A stretch of DNA of 52,286 nucleotides from Patescibacteria group bacterium (GCA_043821615.1 JBDRCS010000047.1:1-52286); one strand, 5' to 3'; shown: positions 27,465 to 37,022, counted from the stretch's first letter. Numbers and translations are program-made. The notes: generated by a model not told the origin, from the letters alone.

Positions 27465-28526
27465 TCATTCCGCAAGTTTGCGTTTTTGATCCTCCGTGCG
27501 AAGAGCGTTAATAACAGGATTCAAGTCTCCATTTATAATATTTTCAATTGAAGACCAGTTTTGTTTTATGCGATGGTCAGTAATTCTATCTTGAGGATAA
27601 TTATATGTCCTAATTTTCTCAGAGCGATCACCCGTACCTATTTGGCTCTTTCTGGCATCGCTATTTTCTTTCATTTCCTTTTCTTGTTGTTCTTGAATTA
27701 AGCGAGACCTAAGCACTGTCATGGCCTTGGCTTTATTTTTATGCTGAGATTTTTCATCTTGGCAGGTCACAATCATGCCAGTCGGCAAATAAGTAATGCG
27801 CACAGCCGAGTCTGTGGTGTTTACACTTTGGCCACCATGTCCGCCAGACCTAAACACATCAATCCTCAAATCTTCCGGCTTAATCTCAAAATCAACCTCT
27901 TCCGCTTCAGGCAGCACTGCTACTGTAACAGTAGAAGTATGCACGCGTCCTGATTTTTCCGTATCTGGAATGCGCTGCACCCGGTGAACACCGGATTCAT
28001 ATTTTAAATCTGCATATACATTGGCTCCGCTTACTTCAAAGATGATTTCCTTGAATCCGCCAATCCCTATTCGGTTTGAATTCATAATATTAATGGTCCA
28101 GCCTTTTTTTTCGGCATATTGGGAATACATCCTAAAAAGATCCGCCGCAAACAAAGCAGCTTCGTCTCCGCCGGCCCCGGCTCGGATTTCCATAATCACG
28201 TCCTTGCTGTCATTCGGGTCATTTGGAATCAGGGCAATTTTAACTTTTTCTTCAAGATCACTGATGGTTTTTTCCGCTTTTTGTTTATCTTCCTCAGCCA
28301 TTTTAATTATTTCGTGATCTTTTTCATTATCAATAATATCCTTTGAATCCTGTAAATCCTGGTTGGCATTTTCTAAAGCATCAAATATCTCTACATTCTC
28401 CTTGAGCTCATTATATTCCGTAGAGATTTTTTTAAACTTAACCGGATCAGAACCCAAATCAGGATTCTGCAATTCTTTTTCCAGCTCTGCCAGACGTTTC
28501 TTAAATTGTTTTATTTTTTCTTCCAT
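27465..28526 (-). CDS. prfA: Peptide chain release factor 1
   Basis: GGQ motif ([12 protein letters not shown]) and a PxT-type tripeptide region ([14 protein letters not shown]); 353 aa. Confidence 0.92.
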   Translation of the reverse strand: MEEKIKQFKKRLAELEKELQNPDLGSDPVKFKKISTEYNELKENVEIFDALENANQDLQDSKDIIDNEKDHEIIKMAEEDKQKAEKTISDLEEKVKIALIPNDPNDSKDVIMEIRAGAGGDEAALFAADLFRMYSQYAEKKGWTINIMNSNRIGIGGFKEIIFEVSGANVYADLKYESGVHRVQRIPDTEKSGRVHTSTVTVAVLPEAEEVDFEIKPEDLRIDVFRSGGHGGQSVNTTDSAVRITYLPTGMIVTCQDEKSQHKNKAKAMTVLRSRLIQEQQEKEMKENSDARKSQIGTGDRSEKIRTYNYPQDRITDHRIKQNWSSIENIINGDLNPVINALRTEDQKRKLAE

Positions 28527-28566
28527 ACTTCGATAAACTCAGTATAAATTATTTTCTAGAAAATAT

Positions 28567-28595
28567 AAAATCCCCACACAAAAAATGGGGGATTT
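28567..28595 (-). terminator. Intrinsic terminator after rpmE
   Basis: On the - strand: AAATCCCCCA-ttttttgtg-TGGGGATTT followed by TATATTT. Confidence 0.6.
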
Positions 28596-28609
28596 CATAT
28601 TTAAATTAG

Positions 28610-28969
28610 CTATTTGTCCTTTTTGGAAGCAGCTTTAGTTCTGGCGGCCAGAGAAGTCTTTGCTTTTGCTTTGACTGTCTTTTTTGGAGCGGCCTTGGCT
28701 TTGCTGACAGCGGATTTTTTGGCTCTTTTGGCTTTTTTACCTTTGATTTTACCGGTTTTCTTAATAGCAGCAGTAATTTCAGCCTTAGCTTGAAATTTCT
28801 CCACTCTTCGGCCGGTATCTACAAATTTCTGCTTACCAGTAAAAAAAGGATGGCAAGCCGAACATACCTCTACATTTATCTCCTTCAAAGTAGAGCCGGT
28901 TTTAAAAGTGTTACCGCAGGCGCAGGTAACGGTTGATTCGTGATATTCGGGATGTGTTTCTTTTTTCAT
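28610..28969 (-). CDS. rpmE: 50S ribosomal protein L31 with Lys/Ala-rich C-terminal extension
   Basis: [22 protein letters not shown]...[13 protein letters not shown] is a canonical type A L31. About 55 extra residues follow, of AKKxAK-type sequence. Confidence 0.88.
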   Translation of the reverse strand: MKKETHPEYHESTVTCACGNTFKTGSTLKEINVEVCSACHPFFTGKQKFVDTGRRVEKFQAKAEITAAIKKTGKIKGKKAKRAKKSAVSKAKAAPKKTVKAKAKTSLAARTKAASKKDK

Positions 28970-29016
28970 AATAAAAGTAAGATAACATAATAGTAAAAAT
29001 TAATCAAGTCCAAGGA

Positions 29017-29715
29017 TTATTTTAAATATTCCACCGTATTATCATAAAAATTATCAATCACTTCCGCCTTTTGTTCTTCCGGAATCAACAGGTTGAATTC
29101 CCTGTAGGAAAGCTCCGGCGTTTCTGAAAAAAACTGTTTGGAAAAATCCCGGTCATCTTTCAGGATATGAAGCTGGGTTTTTTGGGTTTCAAAATCAGCA
29201 TCTTTCCATTCTTCTAAAAAGCCTTTCATTTTTTGCTTGATTTCATCCTGAACATAATCATTATATAAATTATTAGCCGCCACCAAAGCTTCATCTTCTG
29301 AATATTTTTCACCAAAAATTGTTAATTTATATACCGGCAGCTTATTATCATTAATATACTTATCATAATTCTCGATTTGCAGAAACGGGCCGCCTTCACC
29401 GTCAATGGAAAGAACTCTTATATTTTGAGGAAAAGTTTGAAAATCAATGTGCTGCTGGAAAAAGGTCATTATATTCTTGGCGTCTATTCCGGAAAATAAT
29501 ACCATATCAACCTGATTGTTCGGCTCTGATGTATATTCAATTATTTTCTGCATAAATTCTTTAAATTTGTCATTCTCTTCCAGGACATTTTCCTGGCTCA
29601 AAACTAGGACTACATGGTTTTCCTTTACTTCTTCGGCCGGTTGATTTTCAGTTTTTTCTGCACAACCTGTAAAAAATATTATGCTTAAACTAGCTAAGAT
29701 TAGAAATTTGTTCAT
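29017..29715 (-). CDS. Putative lipoprotein
   Basis: Start set at MNKFLILASLSIIFFTGC (lipobox FTGC). There is no other recognisable domain. Confidence 0.5.
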   Translation of the reverse strand: MNKFLILASLSIIFFTGCAEKTENQPAEEVKENHVVLVLSQENVLEENDKFKEFMQKIIEYTSEPNNQVDMVLFSGIDAKNIMTFFQQHIDFQTFPQNIRVLSIDGEGGPFLQIENYDKYINDNKLPVYKLTIFGEKYSEDEALVAANNLYNDYVQDEIKQKMKGFLEEWKDADFETQKTQLHILKDDRDFSKQFFSETPELSYREFNLLIPEEQKAEVIDNFYDNTVEYLK

Positions 29716-29904
29716 AAAATTAAAATAAATTATAGATAAATAATACATACATCTTTCCTATTTGACAAATTTTTCAATATTCTTTATGATATGTAAGTTG
29801 AAAATTTAATAAATAAACATACTCTATAGCTTTATCCTTTGTTCCTTCCCCTGCCAAATGCCGGGGCCTCAAAGGTGCTGGAGTAGAAGAAGAAAGGACA
29901 ATTT

Positions 29905-30624
29905 ATGAAAGAAGTATCATTAACTGATATGCTCAAGGCCGGCGTGCATTTTGGGCATAAAACAGCAAAAAGGCATCCTAAAATGGAGCCCTTTATTTTT
30001 GATTCCAAAAAAGGAGTTTCCATCATTGATCTTGAAAAAACCAAAAAGCAACTGGAGGAAGCATTAAAGGTGGCTGAAGATTTGGCCTCACAAAACAAAA
30101 CCATTTTATTTGTTGGTACAAAAAGACAAGCCAAGGAAATGGTAAAAGAAGCTGCTGAAGAATGCGGCATGCCCTATGTGGTAGAGCGCTGGATCGGCGG
30201 GCTGATCACAAATTATTCATCCGTCTCCCAAAGTACTAAAAAACTCTCCCGCTTAAAAAGAGAGCTGGAAACAGGGGAATTAAACAAATACACGAAAAAG
30301 GAACAGCTTCAATTCAAAAGAGAAATTGAAAAATTGGAAAAAGTAGTTGGTGGTATTGAAAAAATTGATCGCGTTCCTGATGCAGTTTTTGTAACCAGCG
30401 TAAAAGATGAAGCCACGGTTGTGCGCGAGGCAAGGAATAAAGGCATTCCCATAATCGGGATCTGCGACACCAATGCTAACCCGGATAAAATTGATTATCC
30501 GATTCCTGCCAATGACGACGCTTTAATGTCCATGAAGTATGTCACCACTATTCTTAGCGACACAATTAAAGAGGCCAAGTCAAAGGCAGAACCGCAGCCA
30601 GAACAAAAAAAATCTAATAAATAA
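29905..30624 (+). CDS. rpsB: 30S ribosomal protein S2
   Basis: MLKAGVHFGHKT...FVGTKRQA...WIGGLITN, followed by tsf. Confidence 0.95.
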   Translation: MKEVSLTDMLKAGVHFGHKTAKRHPKMEPFIFDSKKGVSIIDLEKTKKQLEEALKVAEDLASQNKTILFVGTKRQAKEMVKEAAEECGMPYVVERWIGGLITNYSSVSQSTKKLSRLKRELETGELNKYTKKEQLQFKREIEKLEKVVGGIEKIDRVPDAVFVTSVKDEATVVREARNKGIPIIGICDTNANPDKIDYPIPANDDALMSMKYVTTILSDTIKEAKSKAEPQPEQKKSNK

Positions 30625-30627
30625 AAT

Positions 30628-31218
30628 ATGGGAATTACAGCAAAAGATATCCAACAATTAAGGCAAGACACAGGCCTGGGCATGATGGATTGCAAGGCTA
30701 TCCTTAAAGAGGCTAAAGGTGACTATGATAAAGCCATTGATATCGCCAGAAAAAGAGGCGAAAAAGTTGCCGCCAAAAAAGCTGATCGCAGCACTGGCCA
30801 GGGCCTTGTTGATTCATATATTCATCCCGGCAACCAGGTGGGAGTATTAATTCAGGTTAATTGTGAAACCGATTTTGTGGCAAAAAATAATGAATTCAAG
30901 GAAATGGTTCATGATTTAGCCATGCATGTTGCTGCCTATAATCCTCTCTATGTAAAACCGGAAGATGTTCCCGAAGATGTCCTTGCCAAAGAAAAAGAAA
31001 TCTACAAAGAACAGCTTTTAGCTGAAGGCAAGCCGGAAAAAATGATGGATAAGATTGTGGAAGGAAAAATCGAAAAATATTATGAAGAAACCTGCCTCTT
31101 AAACCAGTCTTTTCTGAAAAATGAAGACCAGACAGTGAAAGAATATTTAGAGGAAAAAATTGCTAAAATTGGAGAGAATATTTCCATTCATCGTTTTGAA
31201 AGATTTTCCCTGCAATAA
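30628..31218 (+). CDS. tsf: Translation elongation factor Ts (short form)
   Basis: ITAKDIQQLRQDTGLGMMDCKAIL UBA-like N-terminus and VNCETDFVAKN; 196 aa. Confidence 0.92.
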   Translation: MGITAKDIQQLRQDTGLGMMDCKAILKEAKGDYDKAIDIARKRGEKVAAKKADRSTGQGLVDSYIHPGNQVGVLIQVNCETDFVAKNNEFKEMVHDLAMHVAAYNPLYVKPEDVPEDVLAKEKEIYKEQLLAEGKPEKMMDKIVEGKIEKYYEETCLLNQSFLKNEDQTVKEYLEEKIAKIGENISIHRFERFSLQ

Positions 31219-31243
31219 TAATTTATATTGAGCCTGTCGAAAT

Positions 31244-32086
31244 ATGAAAACCAAAGTCGTTAACGTACAATTTAACACCTGGGACAATCCTTATTATTTT
31301 GGATTAAACGATAAGGTCGTGAATGTTAACGATTATGTCGTAGTTAATACTGAATTGGGCACGGAAATAGGAAAAGTAATCAGCCTCAAAGAAGTTGATA
31401 CGGAAACCTTGTCTGATCCTTTAAAACCGATTATCCGGGTGGCAGAACTGGAAGATCTGGAACAATTAAAAAAGAACAACGAAAATAGAAAAGAGGCGGT
31501 CAAGGTTTGTAAGCAGTACATTAGAAAATATAATCTCCCCATGAAACTGGTAGACTGCAATTTTTCATTTGATGACACCCGCGCTGTCTTCGCCTTTACT
31601 TCAGATACCAGGGTTGATTTTCGGGAGCTGGTAAAAGATCTCACCAAACAGTTCCAAAAGAAAATCAGGCTTCAACAAATCGGTATTCGCGACACCTTAA
31701 AGCAAATGGGAGGCATTGGCCCCTGCGGAAGGTGCCTGTGCTGCAACCGTTTTCTGGATGACCTGGGAAATATCAGCACGGATTTGGCTCGGGACCAGCA
31801 AATTGAACAGAGAGGTTCAGACAGATTGTCCGGCGCCTGCGGCCGCCTGAAATGCTGCCTCGCCTATGAGGCCGAAGGCTATAAAAACATGGGGGAAAAA
31901 TTTCCCGCTATTGGCACAACTATTAAAACCAGCAAAGGCAAGGCCCGGGTTCTAAATCAGAACATTTTAAAACATTCCGTGACTATCAGGACAGAAGACG
32001 ATACAATTACAGAAGAATACCTCGGTTGCCAGAAATCCGGATGCAAGGGGTGCAAAGCCAATCAATATTATCAAGATAACAAATAA
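31244..32086 (+). CDS. PSP1 domain protein (RicT/YaaT-like)
   Basis: PSP1 C-terminal domain pattern, with the Cys cluster GPCGRCLCC...GACGRLKCCLAYE. Confidence 0.75.
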   Translation: MKTKVVNVQFNTWDNPYYFGLNDKVVNVNDYVVVNTELGTEIGKVISLKEVDTETLSDPLKPIIRVAELEDLEQLKKNNENRKEAVKVCKQYIRKYNLPMKLVDCNFSFDDTRAVFAFTSDTRVDFRELVKDLTKQFQKKIRLQQIGIRDTLKQMGGIGPCGRCLCCNRFLDDLGNISTDLARDQQIEQRGSDRLSGACGRLKCCLAYEAEGYKNMGEKFPAIGTTIKTSKGKARVLNQNILKHSVTIRTEDDTITEEYLGCQKSGCKGCKANQYYQDNK

Positions 32087-32088
32087 AT

Positions 32089-32880
32089 ATGATTACCTAC
32101 ATAGTATTAATATCAATCATTGTCATCACTGCCGGAGTGGTAATATTTTATTATTTAAAGAATAAATCCAAATTAGCCAGCCTGGATCTTGAATCCATGA
32201 AAGGGCATCGCCACAAGGAAGTGAAAAAAAGGGTTGTGGAAACCAGAATGGAAAGAAAATATTCCGGATTTAAAAACAAGGTTAAGCCCGTTTTTGATAA
32301 AATATCCAATCCTCTTAAAAAGTTTTTCCATAATATCTATACCCACATAATGCGCCTGGAAAGAAAGTATAAGGAAGAGGAAAAGAAAGAGCCAAAGACC
32401 TTGGAACAAAAAGAAATTGTACGCCAAAATATTAACCAGATGATTAGCGACGGCACTGATTTAATGGAAAAAGAGGATTATTCGGGAGCAGAAAAGAAAT
32501 TTATTGAAGTGCTTTCAATTGACCCGCAGAATCCAAATGCCTATAAAAAATTATCAGATGTTTATTTTTTCCAGAAGGATTATGAGCACGCCAAAGAGAC
32601 TTTGGAATTTTTGATAAACATTAATCCCCATGACGAAATGATCTGGCGGGATTTGGGCAAGGTTTTTGTTGCTCAGGATAAAAAGGAAGAGGGCCTAAAG
32701 AATTATCAGAAGGCCATGGAATTGGCGCCTAATAATCCTAAAAACATTGTTCTGGTATTAGAAACCGCTTTGGATATAAAAGATAAGCCGGTTGCCAATG
32801 ACGCTTTGAATAAATTAAAAGAAGTTAATCCGGATAATCAAAAACTAAACGAGTATTTAGAAAAATTTGAAAATTTGTAA
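32089..32880 (+). CDS. Membrane-anchored TPR repeat protein
   Basis: N-terminal TM helix. The C-terminal half has TPR-like repeats (AEKKFIEVLSIDPQNPNAYKKLSDVYF, GLKNYQKAMELAPNNP). Confidence 0.6.
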   Translation: MITYIVLISIIVITAGVVIFYYLKNKSKLASLDLESMKGHRHKEVKKRVVETRMERKYSGFKNKVKPVFDKISNPLKKFFHNIYTHIMRLERKYKEEEKKEPKTLEQKEIVRQNINQMISDGTDLMEKEDYSGAEKKFIEVLSIDPQNPNAYKKLSDVYFFQKDYEHAKETLEFLININPHDEMIWRDLGKVFVAQDKKEEGLKNYQKAMELAPNNPKNIVLVLETALDIKDKPVANDALNKLKEVNPDNQKLNEYLEKFENL

Positions 32881-32898
32881 AAGCGCCGTTGTCTAAAT

Positions 32899-32974
32899 GC
32901 CGTTGTAGCTCAGTTGGTAGAGCATTCCCATGGTAAGGGAAAGGTCTGCGGTTCGAATCCGCACAACGGCTCCA
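32899..32974 (+). tRNA. tRNA-Thr (GGU), CCA encoded
   Basis: Acceptor GCCGUUG/CAACGGC, D arm AGCUCAGUUGGUAGAGC, anticodon arm UUCCC-AUGGUAA-GGGAA, T arm GCGGUUCGAAUCCGC, then UCCA. Confidence 0.92.
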
Positions 32975-33006
32975 TTAATAATTTTTTCTTAAATTATAAA
33001 AACATT

Positions 33007-34197
33007 ATGCATAAGAGAAGGATTATAACAATTTTTATCCTCTTTTTTATATTTGGCTCTCCGCTTCTCGCTTTTGCCCAGGAAGGCAGTGAAGGACAAG
33101 CACCGCTGGATGATTCTGGGCAGGATACTTTTTCTGCCGAGGTTACAAAAATACTGGATGAGCAAGTGATTGAAAGTGATGATGGCATTCCCCAGACTAA
33201 GCAAAAATTGTTGTTAAAAGGCCTGGACGGGGATTATGAAAATCAAAATGTTACCTATGATGGTACCAAGTATAATTTTCTTTCTGATGTTCCATATAAA
33301 GAAGGGGATAAACTGAGAATGCTTCACTCTACCACAGCTGAGGGAGAAGACATGTTTTTAATTGATGATTTCATCCGCACCAATCAGATTTATATACTGG
33401 TGCTAGCTTTTATAATAATTACTATAGCTATTGGTCGCTGGAAAGGCTTGAGCGCCCTCATTGGCCTAGCTATCTCTTTTCTCATTATTTTGAAAATGAT
33501 CCTACCTCTTATAGTAGAAGGATATAATCCTGTGCTTGTAACCATTGCCGGAGCAGTTATCATTATGGTCGGTACTTTATATATTGTCCACGGCTTCAAC
33601 CGTAAAACCACGTCCGCCGTTATTGGCACAGTCATCGGCCTGGTTTTCATCGGCTTTATTTCCTGGCTTTTCACCGAGCTTACCCGCCTCACCGGCACAG
33701 CCAGCGAAGAGACCTTATTCATCTCCGGTGTTCTGGGCAAGACCTTGAACATGAAGGGCATTTTGCTGGCCGGCATGATTATCGGCGCTCTTGGTGTTTT
33801 GGACGACATCACCATTGGCCAGGCCTCGGCCGTTCAGCAGATCCGGGAGGCTAACCCAAATATGTCTTTCAAAGAAGCCTACAAGCGGGCTATGAAAGTT
33901 GGCATTGATCATGTTGGCGCCATCGTCAACACCCTTTTCCTCGCCTATGCCGGCGCCGCCATGCCTTTGCTCCTGCTTTTCCAGGCCAACCAGCCGCCCT
34001 TCACCAGTTTTGAACACATCATCAACCACGGCGTTATTGCCCAAGAAATCGTCCGCGCTGTCTGCGGCTCCATCGGCCTTATCCTCATTGTCCCTATCAC
34101 CACCTTAGTAGCGGTTTATATGTTTAAGAGTAAAAAGGAGGGTGAAAAGCAGGAGAGTATAAAAAACATTGAACAACAATATCATGAAAAGCAATAA
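33007..34197 (+). CDS. YibE/F family membrane protein
   Basis: Start moved to the ATG at 33007, because the track start overlaps tRNA-Thr. It has a signal/TM segment, an extracytoplasmic N-domain, then a polytopic region with GVLDDITIGQASAV, which is typical of YibE/F. Confidence 0.75.
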   Translation: MHKRRIITIFILFFIFGSPLLAFAQEGSEGQAPLDDSGQDTFSAEVTKILDEQVIESDDGIPQTKQKLLLKGLDGDYENQNVTYDGTKYNFLSDVPYKEGDKLRMLHSTTAEGEDMFLIDDFIRTNQIYILVLAFIIITIAIGRWKGLSALIGLAISFLIILKMILPLIVEGYNPVLVTIAGAVIIMVGTLYIVHGFNRKTTSAVIGTVIGLVFIGFISWLFTELTRLTGTASEETLFISGVLGKTLNMKGILLAGMIIGALGVLDDITIGQASAVQQIREANPNMSFKEAYKRAMKVGIDHVGAIVNTLFLAYAGAAMPLLLLFQANQPPFTSFEHIINHGVIAQEIVRAVCGSIGLILIVPITTLVAVYMFKSKKEGEKQESIKNIEQQYHEKQ

Positions 34198-35026
34198 AAA
34201 AAACATAGAACAGAATAATAAAATAGTTCTCTTCCAAAGCCGAAAAATTCGACGAGCTTGGTATAAGGAAGAATGGTTTTATTCGGTTGTGGACGTGGTG
34301 GGTGTATTGACTAGCAGTGTTAATGCACGCGATTATTGGCATAAAATGAAGAAACGAGTCAGCGATGAGGAGAAAATCGAGTTGTCGACAATTTGTCGAC
34401 AACTGAAATTAAAATCAAGCGATGGTAAAATGTATAACACTGATTGTGCTAATACTGAAGGTATTTTTCGTATAATTCAATCAATTCCTTCTTCTAAAGT
34501 TGAACCTTTTAAACTTTGGCTGGCAAAAGTAGGCAAAGAACGGATTGATGAAATTGAAAACCCGGAACTTGCTCAAGAACGGATGAAAAAGCTTTTTGAA
34601 CAAAAAGGCTATCCGAAAGACTGGATTGACAAACGTCTGCGCGGTATGGCCATTCGTCAAAATTTAACAGATGAATGGAAAGAGCGAGGTGTTCAAAATG
34701 CAAAAGATTATGCAATTTTAACAGCGGAAATTTCCAAAGCAACTTTTGGAATGACGCCCAGTGAATATAAAAAGTTTAAAAATATACCAAAAAAATCCAA
34801 AGTAAATTTGCGTGACAATATGTCTGATTTGGAATTGATTTTTACTATGCTTGGCGAGAAAGTAACAACTGAAATTTCCAAGAAAGAAAAGCCAAAGAAC
34901 ATGCCCCAGAATAAAAAAGTCGCTAAACGCGGTGGCGGTGTAGCTGGAAAGGCGAGGAAAGATACTGAAAAAGAAATCGGGAGTAGCGTTGTTTCGGATA
35001 ATAATCTTTTAAGTGACGTTGATTAA
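34169..35026 (+). CDS. Bro-N domain / DNA-damage-inducible protein D (DinD)-like protein
   Basis: IRRAWYKEEWFYSVVDVVGVL...DGKMYNTDCANTEGIFRIIQSIPSSKVEPFKLWLAKVG...LTDEW...NLRDNMSDLEL matches the Bro-N/DinD pattern common in phages and islands. The start overlaps the upstream gene by 29 nt. Confidence 0.7.
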   Translation: MNNNIMKSNKKNIEQNNKIVLFQSRKIRRAWYKEEWFYSVVDVVGVLTSSVNARDYWHKMKKRVSDEEKIELSTICRQLKLKSSDGKMYNTDCANTEGIFRIIQSIPSSKVEPFKLWLAKVGKERIDEIENPELAQERMKKLFEQKGYPKDWIDKRLRGMAIRQNLTDEWKERGVQNAKDYAILTAEISKATFGMTPSEYKKFKNIPKKSKVNLRDNMSDLELIFTMLGEKVTTEISKKEKPKNMPQNKKVAKRGGGVAGKARKDTEKEIGSSVVSDNNLLSDVD

Positions 35027-35039
35027 GAAGTCACATCGC

Positions 35040-35131
35040 CATTGTCCCCATCACTACCTTGATTGCGGTTTATATGTTTAAGAGTAAAAAGGAAGTTAGT
35101 AAACAAAAAGCTGTAAAAAATAATGAACAAT
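35040..35131 (+). pseudogene. Displaced relic copy of the 3' end of the YibE/F gene
   Basis: About 92 nt similar to 34086-34186. In frame it reads IVPITTLIAVYMFKSKKEVSKQKAVKNNEQ-stop, against LIVPITTLVAVYMFKSKKEGEKQESIKNIEQ in the intact gene. Confidence 0.7.
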
Positions 35132-35160
35132 AAATTTGAAAGAATAAATTTATAATATTT

Positions 35161-36462
35161 ATGAAAGATTTGCATGTAGCTTTAAAAAATGAAATTATTG
35201 GAGAGGAAAAGGCCTCTGGTGTATCTGGAATTTTAGTTAAACATCAACAAAGTAAAACAGATATTTATTATTCTTTGCACATTGGTTTAAGTAGCATGAG
35301 TGTGTCAGGCGGTATTCAACAAACAGATTTTGCTGCACGGCTAGGTTTTCAGTTACAAAAGTGTGCATTTCAGCCTTCTAGGCGTTGTTACGCCATTGAG
35401 GTTCCAGAAAATTTTGACTACAAGGGTTTTATTCGGGCCTTTGAAGGGACCTATAGTAAGCTCAGATCAGCACAAGGAGATTTAAATAAATGTGGTATAC
35501 ATATTGATGGTGATGAGGGATTAGCATATTTTTTTGGTAAAAAAAGTACAAGAAGTCCATGGTCTGACAGTGAGCAGCGAGCATTTGGCGACGCTCACAG
35601 GGCTGGTCAGATAAAAAAATTGAAAGAAACTGAAGATGATGTTTTCAAATACGTATTAACATGGATGGAAAATGGAAATGAAAAAGGTTGGACTATTCAT
35701 TATCTTCCGAAACATCCACCTATGTCCTCCGAGGTCTGTGCAGTAATGAACTTTTTCAAACTCGGAACTTTTTCTGAGTGTCTACAAAATAATTTTAACC
35801 CATGTAGATGGAAGTTTATTAAATTTAATGACGACGAAGACAGTACAAGCATAGTGCATGGTTCGGCTGATAGAGCACATAGTTGGTTTAACAGTCATCA
35901 GGAACATTTTGGCAAAGGATTACAGTGTGTAGTTGAGGCAGAGGCCATAGTTTCAAAATTTGGATTACATATTTTAGAAATTCCGTCTGATTCATCAGAT
36001 TTAAACAATCCATCAACATCAGAAGAAGAGTCATCTATTAGTTTGATTCCAGATGAATTTGACATAGCTATTAGTTTTGCCGCCCCAGACAGAAAAAAAG
36101 CAAAAGAGTTAGCAACAATAGTTAAAGAAGCTGGATATAATGTATTTTATGACGATTTTTATACAGAACACTTATGGGGCAAAGATTTACCAGCTTTTTT
36201 TCATGAAATTTATTCAAAAAAATCTCGATACTGTGTTATGATGATATCTCCAGAATATGTCCAAAGAATGTGGACAAACCATGAAAGGCAATGTGCGCAA
36301 TCACGAGCGATAAAGGAACAAGGCAAGGAGTATATATTACCTATTCAAGTGGAGTTTACGGAAGTTCCAGGCCTTCCAGATACAGTGGGCTATTTATCAC
36401 TTGAGGAATATAATATTCAACAGGTTGCAGACATGCTCATTAGTAAACTAAAAAAGAACTAG
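35161..36462 (+). CDS. TIR domain protein with ~295-aa N-terminal domain of unknown function
   Basis: The C-terminal ~135 aa read FDIAISFAAPDRKKAKELATIVKEAGYNVFYDDF...RYCVMMISPEYVQRMWTNHERQCA. This is a bacterial TIR pattern that includes the conserved W...E glutamate. Confidence 0.75.
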   Translation: MKDLHVALKNEIIGEEKASGVSGILVKHQQSKTDIYYSLHIGLSSMSVSGGIQQTDFAARLGFQLQKCAFQPSRRCYAIEVPENFDYKGFIRAFEGTYSKLRSAQGDLNKCGIHIDGDEGLAYFFGKKSTRSPWSDSEQRAFGDAHRAGQIKKLKETEDDVFKYVLTWMENGNEKGWTIHYLPKHPPMSSEVCAVMNFFKLGTFSECLQNNFNPCRWKFIKFNDDEDSTSIVHGSADRAHSWFNSHQEHFGKGLQCVVEAEAIVSKFGLHILEIPSDSSDLNNPSTSEEESSISLIPDEFDIAISFAAPDRKKAKELATIVKEAGYNVFYDDFYTEHLWGKDLPAFFHEIYSKKSRYCVMMISPEYVQRMWTNHERQCAQSRAIKEQGKEYILPIQVEFTEVPGLPDTVGYLSLEEYNIQQVADMLISKLKKN

Positions 36463-36467
36463 CAAAC

Positions 36468-37022
36468 ATGGATTTTATAAAAAAAATAAATAAGAGGGGA
36501 TTTCAAGCAATTTTAGCAAACTCAATTTTAATTGGAATCTTTTCGGTTTTTTTAAAAATTGAATTAATAAATGATGTTGTCTATGCAACCCTTGTAATAA
36601 TTTCAATTTTTGTAGGATGTATTATTTATTTTAGAGAAAAAATTAGCAAACTTACCCTTAATCCAAAAGAGGGTTCTTTAGAGTTAGAACTTGAAGAGTT
36701 TAAGGAGGATATTGTTAATAATTTAATAATAAAGCAAAATCTATTAGAAATTGCTTCTGGAAGATACGATGGACCACCTAAAAAGTTAAAAGAAATTTTG
36801 AATTTATTAGGAGAAGAGGCATATAAAAAAGGTGAGAAATATTCTTCCGCTATGCCTTACACTGAAAAAATTGTAGAAGCATATAATGAAATAGATTCGA
36901 TTGGCTCCTTAAAACCAGCTGCTTCAGATTATGATGAAAAACAGAAAGAAATGGAACAATCTCACGAGAAATTAGAGACAGCATTTGATGATTTTTTAAA
37001 TTATCTTAAGAATAAGGAATAA
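36468..37022 (+). CDS. Small membrane protein (two N-terminal TM helices plus acidic helical tail)
   Basis: 184 aa, starting 5 nt after the TIR gene stop. Hydrophobic segments are ILANSILIGIFSVFLKI and VVYATLVIISIFVGCIIYF. Confidence 0.55.
   Translation: MDFIKKINKRGFQAILANSILIGIFSVFLKIELINDVVYATLVIISIFVGCIIYFREKISKLTLNPKEGSLELELEEFKEDIVNNLIIKQNLLEIASGRYDGPPKKLKEILNLLGEEAYKKGEKYSSAMPYTEKIVEAYNEIDSIGSLKPAASDYDEKQKEMEQSHEKLETAFDDFLNYLKNKE

Noticed and set aside
32914-33006. N-terminal 31 codons of track ORF 32914-34197.
   Set aside because: They overlap tRNA-Thr(GGU) at 32899-32974. The ATG at 33007 gives a normal signal/TM start.
33390-34108. Antisense and off-frame ORFs inside the YibE/F gene. 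Similar shadows lie inside the Cys-rich paralogs (for example 6426-6845, 6900-7172, 7084-7449), clpB and prfA.
   Set aside because: They overlap longer ORFs that have clear family motifs. Their low-complexity or compositionally odd translations are typical of shadow frames.
35161-37022. Calling the TIR pair a Thoeris system.
   Set aside because: No ThsA-type SIR2/SLOG or Macro domain is visible in the partner. The TIR protein also has a large extra N-domain, unlike typical ThsB.
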